A DNA stretch of 64,000 bases from Sedimentisphaerales bacterium. GTDB taxonomy: Bacteria; Planctomycetota; Phycisphaerae; Sedimentisphaerales; Anaerobacaceae. The stretch is taken from the NCBI GenBank assembly GCA_963708075.1, contig OY970194.1, positions 4,192,001 through 4,256,000 of the forward strand, read 5' to 3'. A program made the translations under genes and the position numbers. Below the pieces are notes generated by a model that saw only the letters and a program-made list of their open reading frames with translations, was not told the origin of the DNA and made no database searches. Shown here piece after piece: positions 42,089-50,597 of this stretch (the stretch's first letter is position 1; every line of letters begins with the position of its first letter).

Positions 42089-43171
42089 ATGCAAAGCAGT
42101 CGGCGTGAGTTCTTGAAGGGGGTCGTCGCGGGGACGGTGGCGATGAGTGCGTCTGGGTATGCACAGCAGGAGGACAAGCGGGTTCTGCAAGCGAAGGCGC
42201 AGACGGCGATTCCGCGGTGGCGCGGGTTCAATCTGCTGGAGATGTTCACGATGCGCAGCCGGGGCGACTTCCGCGAGGAGGATTTCCATTGGATTCGCGA
42301 CTTCGGGTTCAACTTCGTGCGGTTCCCGACGTGTCACCGGCTCTGGATCGAGGGCGACGACAACTACAAGATCAAAGAACCGATGCTGGCGAACCTCGAC
42401 CGGGGGATCGAGCTGGCCAATGCGGCTGGCCTGCACGTGAGCCTGAACTTCCATCGCGGACCGGGGTACTCCGTGAACCAGGAGTTCAAGGAGCCGTTCA
42501 ATCTATGGAAGGATAAGGAGACGCTCGACGCGTTCGTCTTCCACTGGCAGTTAATGGCAAAGCGATATAAGGGCATCGGACGCGACAAGCTCAGTTTCGA
42601 CCTGATCAACGAGCCTCCGTCGGTAGGCGAGCAGATGAGCCGGGCGGACCACGAGCGGGTCGTCCGCACGACAGTGGCGGCGATCCGCCAGACCAGCCCG
42701 GACCGGCTCGTCGTGGCCGACGGCCTGAGCTGGGGCAATGAGCCGATGCCGGAACTGGCGGACCTCGGTATCGCCGAAAGCACGCGAGCGTATCAGCCGA
42801 TGTTCATCAGTCACTACGGGGCGTCGTGGGTCGATAGCGGCAACTACCCCCAGCCGGCATGGCCGGGCAACGGCTGGGACCGCAAGCGGCTGGAGGAGCA
42901 CTACGCCAAATGGGCCGACGTGGCCCGCAAAGGGGTCGGCGTGCACTGCGGCGAAGGCGGAGCATTCAACAAGACCCCGCACCCGGTGGTCCTCGCGTGG
43001 CTCCGGGACGTCCTGGAGATCCTCACCGGCCACGGCATCGGCCTGGCCCTGTGGAACTTCCGAGGCTCCTTCGGCATTCTCGATTCCGACAGGGCTGATG
43101 TCCAGTACGAGGATTTCCACGGGCACAAGCTCGACAGAAAGCTGCTGAGTCTGCTGCAGGAATTCGCGTAG
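42089..43171 (+). CDS. Glycoside hydrolase family 5 with Tat signal
   Basis: SRREFLK Tat motif, 'GFNFVRFP', 'LINEP' (acid/base), 'HCGEGG' (nucleophile), 'LWNF'. Confidence 0.9.
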   Translation: MQSSRREFLKGVVAGTVAMSASGYAQQEDKRVLQAKAQTAIPRWRGFNLLEMFTMRSRGDFREEDFHWIRDFGFNFVRFPTCHRLWIEGDDNYKIKEPMLANLDRGIELANAAGLHVSLNFHRGPGYSVNQEFKEPFNLWKDKETLDAFVFHWQLMAKRYKGIGRDKLSFDLINEPPSVGEQMSRADHERVVRTTVAAIRQTSPDRLVVADGLSWGNEPMPELADLGIAESTRAYQPMFISHYGASWVDSGNYPQPAWPGNGWDRKRLEEHYAKWADVARKGVGVHCGEGGAFNKTPHPVVLAWLRDVLEILTGHGIGLALWNFRGSFGILDSDRADVQYEDFHGHKLDRKLLSLLQEFA

Positions 43172-43314
43172 CGCGGCGATTCGGGGGAGGAGGGTCGCGG
43201 GAGTGGACGCAGTGGATCTATAGGACTGATAGGACCTATGGAGCGTCCGCCGCCATGTGGGGGCGACTGCGCAACCTCTCGAAAAATTTTTTGCATTTTC
43301 TTTTTTTTCCGGTA

Positions 43315-43336
43315 ACGTACGACACATGTCGTACGT
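43315..43336. promoter_or_regulatory. Candidate BlaI-family operator
   Basis: Perfect palindrome ACGTACGACA-CA-TGTCGTACGT about 35 bp upstream of the BlaI-like gene. Confidence 0.7.
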
Positions 43337-43370
43337 CTGTTATATGTGTAGCACGAAAGGAGATCTGACT

Positions 43371-43829
43371 GTGAGTAGAAACAAGCGTTCCGACAAACCG
43401 AGCGTCGAGCTGACCGAGGCGGAATGGGCCATTATGCGAGCGGTATGGCAACATCAGCCCTGTGCGGCGGGCACGGTACAGGAGGCTCTGGCCACCACCA
43501 AGGGTTGGGCCTACAGCACCGTTAAAACCACTATGGATCGTATGGTCCGCAAGGGGCTGCTCCAGACCCGGCAGATTCGCAACCTGACCCTGTTCAGCAC
43601 GACGGTGGATGAAGTGGAGGCCAAGCGCGGCGAGTTCTACCGGATGCTCAAGCGGGCCTTTGACGGGGCGTTGGCCCCGATGATGCAATTCCTGGTGGAG
43701 CATGAGGGGCTTTCGGCGGAGGAAGCCCGTCAGCTCCGGGAGATCACCCGCCGGGGCACGAAGGCGGCGAAATCGGACCGTGCGGATGACCCGCACCAAC
43801 GGGAGACCGGAGATGGACGCGATCAATAG
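43371..43829 (+). CDS. BlaI/MecI/CopY family repressor
   Basis: 'LTEAEWAIMRAVW', 'WAYSTVKTTMDRM..KG'; RBS AAGGAG. Confidence 0.92.
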   Translation: MSRNKRSDKPSVELTEAEWAIMRAVWQHQPCAAGTVQEALATTKGWAYSTVKTTMDRMVRKGLLQTRQIRNLTLFSTTVDEVEAKRGEFYRMLKRAFDGALAPMMQFLVEHEGLSAEEARQLREITRRGTKAAKSDRADDPHQRETGDGRDQ

Positions 43830-46818
43830 TGCAATCGTTCTTCTCAATGACTGGGGCCGGGTGTTCTGCGACTTCGGCGGACGCATATTCATCCAATCCA
43901 CCGTTTTAGTGGGGCTGCTGCTGATCGTGGACCTGTGCCTGAAGCCTCGCGTGTGTGCGCGATTTCGCTATGGGATTTGGCTGCTGGTCCTGGTGAAACT
44001 AGTGCTGCCGCCGTCCCTGGCGTTGCCGACCGGCGTCAACTATTGGCTGGGCAGGTACTTGCCCGCGACGACTCCAGCGCCCTTGATATCTCCAGTACTG
44101 TCTTCATCTCCGGCGTCCCTGATCTCGCCGGCGCCGTCGGCATACGACAATTCCCGCCAGGTCATCACTGCGATACCTTTCGGCAGAGCGGAGGTGGCTG
44201 CGGCCGGCAGGGACATCGTTCCTCTGCAATGGCCGGGGCTGGCTCTGTTGGGCTGGCTCGCCGTGGTCTTACTGCTGTCGGCGCTGGTGCTTCAACGGGC
44301 TGCGTCCGTCAGAAGGTCGTTGCGACGGAGTCATCCCGCCCGGCAGCAGATGATTGCTCTGCTGGAGGAGTGCCGTGCCAGTCTGGGCGTCACTGCGCCC
44401 GTGTCGCTCAGGCTCACGGAGGACATACACAGTCCCGCGGTGTGTGGCTTTTTGCGCCCGGTGATTCTCCTGCCCGCGTCGTTGCCTGCAGGACTATGGC
44501 CGGAAGGCGTGCGCACGATTCTCACTCACGAGCTGGCCCATATCAAACGGTGGGACCCGTGGGTGAGCTTGGCGCAGACCGCCCTGCAAATCGCCTATTT
44601 CTGGCATCCGCTCGTCTGGATGGCGAATACGAAATTGCGGGATCTCCGAGAGCTGGCCGTCGATGAAACGGTCGTCGTCACGCTCCGGTCCCAGGCTCAG
44701 TGCTACACCAATACGCTTATCGACATTGCGCAAATGGCGTTTCGAAAGCCGGCTTTCAGTTTGAGATTGATAGGAATAGCGGAATCTAAGAGAGCATTGG
44801 AAAGGAGAATCAAACATATGTTGAATCGACGCATATCGAAACGTCCCACATTGGGATTGTCAGGGCTGCTGGCGATTGTCGCCATCGGCGCCGTGCTGGT
44901 GCCCATGGGACAGGGAAGCATGGCGGCTCCCGTGAAGCAGACCTCCGTGCAGAGCGTCCCGGCGCTTCCCGAGGGAATCGCGGAGCTGTTTCCACTCACG
45001 AAGAACGACGTCCTGGAAAGGTTCGGCCAGCCCGCGAGCATCGAGGGGCCGTACCATATCTACGAAGACCTTTCCTTCTCCATACCCGAGAACGATGTCG
45101 TCCAGATCACTCTACTCACCCCCCGTTACGCCTTCGGCAACGGCATCCGTGTCGGCGACTCCGAGGCGAAGGTCAAGGGGGCATTCGGCGCGGACTGGGG
45201 GCTCCAAGAGGCAGAAGCCAAGGATTTTCTGATCTACGAGGGCCTTGGCGTCAATTTCGAGATCAACAAGCAAGACCGCACCGTGATGGAGATCAACATC
45301 AGCGAGGAGTACGGGGACCCCGCCCAGTTGGAGGCCTATGCTCACGCCGCCGAGTTCACGGCGCAGCTTCCTCTAAAGATCGCCCAGCTCGATCTTGACT
45401 CCGCCGGCATGGAACAGGTCCTGGCGACGTTTGGGCAGCCGGTGAAATACATATGGGGTCCGAAGACTCTGCCGGCCGACCAGTTGCCGAACCGCTTCAT
45501 CGCCGTGTACCCGGGCGGTTTCCACGTGTTCATGATGGACAATCGCATCGTGGAGCTGCGTTTTGAAGGCAACTCCAAGTATGTGTATGCCGGCAAGTTG
45601 CGCATCGGCTCGACGCTGGAGGAGGCGCTGGCCGTGCTCGGCGCTCCCGTCAAGACGGTCGAGGGCAAGCCGATCGGCTGGTCCGACTCGGACAACGTTC
45701 TCTTCAAGGACATCGATGGACGGAAGGGGCACTGTTATTACCACCGGCCCGATCACGGCGTGCGCGTCTGGTTCGGCGACTACAAAGTCGCGGCCATCTA
45801 CATGACCCGGAGCGACTTCGACGACGGCGGCTCAATGGGGCCGTTCGACCCGGAATTCGCTCGCCTGTTGCCGGAGCGGGTCGCCGCGCTGGATATAGAT
45901 TCTGCCGATCTGGAACAGGTCAAGGCGATCTTCGGCGAGCCGACGAAATATGTATGGGGCGACAAGACCTTCACGGCCGATGCGCTGCCGGACAACTACA
46001 TCATGAGTTATCCGTGCGGCTTCAGCGTGTGGATGACAGGCGACCGCATTATGGAAATCCGTCACGAGCGGAACTCGCCCTATGTCTTCCGGGATAAGCT
46101 GCGCATCGGCTCGACCTTGCGGGAGGCCCTGGACCTGTTGGGCGAACCGGCCGAGACGGTCACAGGTCAGAAGAACACCTTCAAGGAGAAGGTCCTGTAC
46201 AAGGACATCGACGGACGCCAGGGGTATGACTACTACCACCGCCCCGATCAGAAGGTCCGCGTCTGGTTCGGCGATGACAAGGTCACGGCCATCTATATGA
46301 CCCGGGGCGACTACAGCGATGGCGGCGAGGAGCCGTTCGACGCCGGGTTCGCAAGCCTGCTGCCTGAGCGACTGGCCCGATTGGACATTGACTCGGCCGG
46401 TCTGGAGCAGGTCCGGGCGATCTTCGGCGAGCCGACGAAATACGTCTGGGGCAACCAGACCTTCCGTCTCGACGCCCTGCCGGACAGTTACATCATGAGC
46501 TACCCGTGCAGCTTCAACGTGTTCATGCAAAAGGGACGCATCATGGAGATCCGCCACGAGCGGACCTCACCTTATGTCTATCGCGGCAAGCTGCGCATCG
46601 GCTCGACCCTGGAAGAGGCACTGGCCCTTCTTCGCGCGCCGACCGAGACAGTCACCGGCCAGAAGAACGAATTCAAGGACGGCGTCCTGTACTGGGACAT
46701 CAACGGCAACGAGGGGCATGGCTATTACCATCGATCCGATCAGGACGTCCGCGTCTGGTTCTGGGAGGGCAAGGTCACGGCGATCTACATGACCCGCAGC
46801 GACTATCCCGCGCGTTGA
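43813..46818 (+). CDS. M56 (BlaR1-like) peptidase with repeated C-terminal extracytoplasmic domains
   Basis: 'SPAVCGFLRPVILLP', HELAH zinc motif, 'FWHPLVW', 'ELAVD', 'LERRI', then three repeats of about 160 aa. Confidence 0.9.
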   Translation: MDAINSAIVLLNDWGRVFCDFGGRIFIQSTVLVGLLLIVDLCLKPRVCARFRYGIWLLVLVKLVLPPSLALPTGVNYWLGRYLPATTPAPLISPVLSSSPASLISPAPSAYDNSRQVITAIPFGRAEVAAAGRDIVPLQWPGLALLGWLAVVLLLSALVLQRAASVRRSLRRSHPARQQMIALLEECRASLGVTAPVSLRLTEDIHSPAVCGFLRPVILLPASLPAGLWPEGVRTILTHELAHIKRWDPWVSLAQTALQIAYFWHPLVWMANTKLRDLRELAVDETVVVTLRSQAQCYTNTLIDIAQMAFRKPAFSLRLIGIAESKRALERRIKHMLNRRISKRPTLGLSGLLAIVAIGAVLVPMGQGSMAAPVKQTSVQSVPALPEGIAELFPLTKNDVLERFGQPASIEGPYHIYEDLSFSIPENDVVQITLLTPRYAFGNGIRVGDSEAKVKGAFGADWGLQEAEAKDFLIYEGLGVNFEINKQDRTVMEINISEEYGDPAQLEAYAHAAEFTAQLPLKIAQLDLDSAGMEQVLATFGQPVKYIWGPKTLPADQLPNRFIAVYPGGFHVFMMDNRIVELRFEGNSKYVYAGKLRIGSTLEEALAVLGAPVKTVEGKPIGWSDSDNVLFKDIDGRKGHCYYHRPDHGVRVWFGDYKVAAIYMTRSDFDDGGSMGPFDPEFARLLPERVAALDIDSADLEQVKAIFGEPTKYVWGDKTFTADALPDNYIMSYPCGFSVWMTGDRIMEIRHERNSPYVFRDKLRIGSTLREALDLLGEPAETVTGQKNTFKEKVLYKDIDGRQGYDYYHRPDQKVRVWFGDDKVTAIYMTRGDYSDGGEEPFDAGFASLLPERLARLDIDSAGLEQVRAIFGEPTKYVWGNQTFRLDALPDSYIMSYPCSFNVFMQKGRIMEIRHERTSPYVYRGKLRIGSTLEEALALLRAPTETVTGQKNEFKDGVLYWDINGNEGHGYYHRSDQDVRVWFWEGKVTAIYMTRSDYPAR

Positions 46819-46847
46819 TCGGTGACACCTGTTCGTACGGCACATGG

Positions 46848-46883
46848 AGAGCCGACCTGCCGACCGCAGGCCGGCTCTTTCTC
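46848..46883 (+). terminator. Intrinsic terminator
   Basis: AGAGCCGACCTGC-N5-GCAGGCCGGCTCT stem (one mismatch) followed by a T-rich tract. Confidence 0.6.
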
Positions 46884-47002
46884 TATGCAGGTTTGGATTG
46901 ATCCACAGGGATGGCGACCTCGTCCTGGTACTGGACGACATCCTCGACGGAGGCGTTGAACGCGCGGGCGATACGAAAGGCCGGAGGCAGCGACGGAGCG
47001 CG

Positions 47003-48355
47003 CTACAGGGGTGAGCGGGTGGACTCGATCCTGCCCTTTTGCAGGGGTACACTGCGTTTTCCGGGCCGCTTGCCGGTCTTGTCGGCGGACTCCGGCTTTT
47101 GCAGGGGCAGTTCGAGGGTGAGCGTCCCGGCGCCCTTTCGCACGACGGTGAGGGCGACCGACGGCTGGTCTCGCACTTTGAATATTGCCAGCTCGAAATC
47201 GAGATTGTTGGCCAGAGGCCTTTCGCCGACGGCGGTGATCACGTCCTTCTCCTGCAGTCCCGCCTGAGCGGCGAGGCTGTCCTTCTCCACGGTGAGAACG
47301 AACAGACCTTCCTGCATATCGATCCCGCTATTCAAGGCCAGTGCGGACGTCAGACGATCGATCTCAGCGCCGATCTCGGGGAACCTGAACTCCCTGACCA
47401 ACTGCCGGATGTCGGCGCCGAGCACCTGCCTGAAGATTTCGCGCAGATCTCGCCCATTCACGGTCTGGCGGGTCCCAATCTCCGTCACGATCTTGCGGAT
47501 CGCCTCCGGGCCGTACGTATCTTCCACGAGCAGGAACAGGCCAAGGGCGGCATTGTAGTACCCCCGCTCATAGGCCGTCCGCGAGGACTGCACCCAGGAG
47601 AACAGCCTGTCACCGACGACAGCGAGGGCTGAGAACGGATTCGTGTGCAGAAGCGTCTGCCGGTAGTACAGCCGACGGGAGTTCGGGATGTCCTCCGAGA
47701 GGGTACGATAGGCGACGTAGCCGCCGTAATTGGCCAAGCCATCCCGGAACCAGCGAGTGTAGTTGTTGACGTGCACCACAAAGACCAGCATGCCCCAGGA
47801 GGGATCCGGCAGGACCACTCCGCCCTTGCGGCCGGCGGCCAGCGAGGTCTCCACAAGCTCATGGACGAACATGTAGGGATAGCTGCGATTCTGGACGAGG
47901 ACGGCTTCGCAGGACTCGTCGCCCGCCTGGACAAACAGAGGCAGCGGAAGCTCGTTCGGCTCGACGTCCAGCATGACATCAAAATCCTGCGGCCGGTCAT
48001 CGAAGCGAAGCAGGTAAACCGTGCTGCGGGTCGTGATGGTGACGCCCGTGTGCTCCTGCACCTCGTCGAGCAACTCGTTCGTCTTGTCGGCGATGCACTG
48101 AGCCTGCTCCGCCAGGCCCTGCTGATACTGGATCGTCGTATCACCCGCGCTCCGCGAGCCTTCGAACTGGACCTCCTTCATCGTGATATCGTTCAGGAGG
48201 TAGTGGACCCGGCTGCCGTAGTGCACCTGCCATTGCTCCGGCTCCTTGCGATCCAGCACCGCCTCGGTGAGCCCCTTGTTGATCGTTTGACAACCCGCCG
48301 ATAGCGAGATCAGCGTCACCGCGACGGCCAAGAGCAATCTGGACTTGTGTCTCAC
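47003..48355 (-). CDS. Lipoprotein with C-terminal PDZ domain
   Basis: Lipobox SAG-C; PDZ 'GLFVLTVEKDSLAAQAGLQEKDVITAV'; peptidase-like 'HELVE...WFRDGLANY'. Confidence 0.75.
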   Translation of the reverse strand: MRHKSRLLLAVAVTLISLSAGCQTINKGLTEAVLDRKEPEQWQVHYGSRVHYLLNDITMKEVQFEGSRSAGDTTIQYQQGLAEQAQCIADKTNELLDEVQEHTGVTITTRSTVYLLRFDDRPQDFDVMLDVEPNELPLPLFVQAGDESCEAVLVQNRSYPYMFVHELVETSLAAGRKGGVVLPDPSWGMLVFVVHVNNYTRWFRDGLANYGGYVAYRTLSEDIPNSRRLYYRQTLLHTNPFSALAVVGDRLFSWVQSSRTAYERGYYNAALGLFLLVEDTYGPEAIRKIVTEIGTRQTVNGRDLREIFRQVLGADIRQLVREFRFPEIGAEIDRLTSALALNSGIDMQEGLFVLTVEKDSLAAQAGLQEKDVITAVGERPLANNLDFELAIFKVRDQPSVALTVVRKGAGTLTLELPLQKPESADKTGKRPGKRSVPLQKGRIESTRSPL

Positions 48356-48596
48356 AACTCAGACCCCACAAGAATGTTTTCCTCACAGCTTACTCACGCT
48401 GCCGTGTCCCGTAAAGCGAAATTCCCCCTGCCGCCCGTAGCGAGGGGTAGGGAAAAGGAGGATTGCAACCAAGCGTAATTCCCACTACAATCAGAAATGC
48501 ACCGGCCGATACACTCACCGTCGTGGGGAGACGGAGAAAGGGGCTCGGCCGTTTCCTGAGCCGACCGCACGATCTGCAAGATAAGAGGAGATCGCT

Positions 48597-50396
48597 ATGT
48601 TCATGAGACGGGTTCTCGTGGTGATCACGAGCGTATTGGGCGCGATATTTCCCTGCGGGGACCTTCAAGCGGCGGAGTACGCGGATGCTGCCGCAACGAC
48701 GGTGTCGCTGCCCCGGCCATACGTCGGGGCGGCCAACGTGTACCCTCATGACCTGGTCATGCAGTGGCCCGCGGTCGCCAATGCGAATTCGTACAGCATT
48801 TACCTGGGCACCGATCCGGATGATCTCTTCCTGCTGAGCACCGCGGCCACGCTCCGGCTGGAGGTCAACAGGGAGCTGGCCTGGGGCAAGTGCTACTACT
48901 GGCGGGTGGATGCCCGCACGACCGGGACGACAACCATCCGCGGCCCACTCTGGCGGTTCACCATTGCCCCCCCGCCGCCCGAGGACCCGGACTTGCTTGC
49001 GTGGTATGCGTTCGACGAAGTAGCCGGCTCCATAACCGTCGATCTCTCCGGCCACGGCGTCAATGCAGTCCTTGAGCAAATGATCTGGGAGACGACAGGC
49101 GCGCCGGGCCTCGAAGGCGGCTCCGTGCGATCGGACGGCTCGGGGAACATGCATTTCGGCATCACCGGACCGACCCCGCCGCTTCGCCAGGCGACACTCA
49201 CAGGCTGGTTCAGAATCGGCCGGCAGGAGCAGTGGATTCCTCTGTGGTATCTCGCCCGCGGAACCGACAGCTACGTGAGCCTCGTGCCGCAGCCGGCCAA
49301 TGACGGGGGCCTTGTGATCGAGGTCAAGGGCGCAGGCCAGAGTCAGCCCATCCGAACTCAAGCCAGGGACCCGCTGCCCGTGGATCACTGGACACATCTG
49401 GCGGTCACGATGGACGCGGCGGGCGAACAGATCACCGTGTACGAGGATGGCGCGGCCGTGCTGACCGCCCGCGGATTGACAGGCCTGACGACGGTGCTCG
49501 AAACGGCCGACTTCGTATCCATGGGAAACTCCTTCACGTTGTCCGACTGCCTGCGCTGTAGTGTGGACGAGGTGCGACTCTACGCGAGGATTCTCGACGC
49601 AGAGGAGATCGCTCGAACCATGCTCGGCCATCCCAACAGCCCGTATGAACCCAATCCCCCGCACTGGGCTCAACTGCACGCAAGCGTCCCGGCCGTGCTG
49701 CGATGGAAGGCCACGGATGCGGCCCTCACATATAACGTGTACGCAGGGACAGATATCAATAATCTCGACCTCGTGGCGTGGGACTTGACCAAGCCCGAAT
49801 ACCCGCTCCAACAGAAGCCCGCGGATGGGCAGACCCTCTGCTGGCAGGTGGAGGCGGTCGTGGACGGCGGGTTCGTTCGAGGTCCCTTGTGGCAATTCTC
49901 CGTCACCGGCCTGTCCCTGGCCGACGTCATCAAGGGAGCGAAACCCTGGTGGGCCGATTACGGGAAGTACTATCACCAGGCCGCTCCAGACCTGTCGTTG
50001 ACGGACATGGATGGCGGAGGGCATCGGGTCCGGGACTACCGCGGCCGACACCTGCTGCTGGCGGTCTGGGCCCCCTGGTGCCCCACCTGCCGCGAAGAGC
50101 TCGTCACGTTGGCCAGACTGCGAGACGACATGAGCGAGGAGGACATGATCCTGCTGGCGGTCACCGATGAGAGCAATCGGAGCGCCCTGCCCGCCTTTCT
50201 CATCGAGCATCCGGAGATCAACTTCCCGGTGTGTATCACCAGACTATCGGCTGTGCCGCCATTCAGCAGCGTCACCCACGTCCCCTCGATCTTCTATGTT
50301 GCTCCGGATGGCACGATAAAGCTGGCCACTGTCGGCGCCGTCCCGCTGGAGACCATCGAACAAGTCCTGGAAGCGGCCTGGCCGTACCAGCCGTAG
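48597..50396 (+). CDS. Secreted LamG-like plus TlpA/thioredoxin-domain protein
   Basis: Signal peptide, 'YYWRVD' modules, LamG 'WTHLAVT...DEVRLY', 'WAPWCPTC'. Confidence 0.8.
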   Translation: MFMRRVLVVITSVLGAIFPCGDLQAAEYADAAATTVSLPRPYVGAANVYPHDLVMQWPAVANANSYSIYLGTDPDDLFLLSTAATLRLEVNRELAWGKCYYWRVDARTTGTTTIRGPLWRFTIAPPPPEDPDLLAWYAFDEVAGSITVDLSGHGVNAVLEQMIWETTGAPGLEGGSVRSDGSGNMHFGITGPTPPLRQATLTGWFRIGRQEQWIPLWYLARGTDSYVSLVPQPANDGGLVIEVKGAGQSQPIRTQARDPLPVDHWTHLAVTMDAAGEQITVYEDGAAVLTARGLTGLTTVLETADFVSMGNSFTLSDCLRCSVDEVRLYARILDAEEIARTMLGHPNSPYEPNPPHWAQLHASVPAVLRWKATDAALTYNVYAGTDINNLDLVAWDLTKPEYPLQQKPADGQTLCWQVEAVVDGGFVRGPLWQFSVTGLSLADVIKGAKPWWADYGKYYHQAAPDLSLTDMDGGGHRVRDYRGRHLLLAVWAPWCPTCREELVTLARLRDDMSEEDMILLAVTDESNRSALPAFLIEHPEINFPVCITRLSAVPPFSSVTHVPSIFYVAPDGTIKLATVGAVPLETIEQVLEAAWPYQP

Positions 50397-50597
50397 CCGA
50401 GTGACGCCAGGCGCCGGCCAATCATGCCACGATCTCCGGACAGCATCGTGTCGAAAAGGCCCCCTCCATCTCGGCCCCTCACATCCGGCTGTACTTGAGG
50501 ATTCCACAGGCGTGTGTTTTGTGTTACCTTTCTCCCAAGAACGATGATAGACCGGATTCCATCTACGCGTATGCAACAGTTCGAATCGGGAGGCAGG

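Noticed and set aside
43213..43241. ATAGGAC periodic motif after the GH5 gene as a regulatory site
   Set aside because: Short 9-bp periodic tract like other intergenic repeats, with no supporting evidence for a function.
45355..46810. Diversity-generating retroelement template/variable repeat pair
   Set aside because: The repeats are in-frame domain duplications, I saw no clear adenine-specific pattern, and there is no reverse transcriptase in the window.
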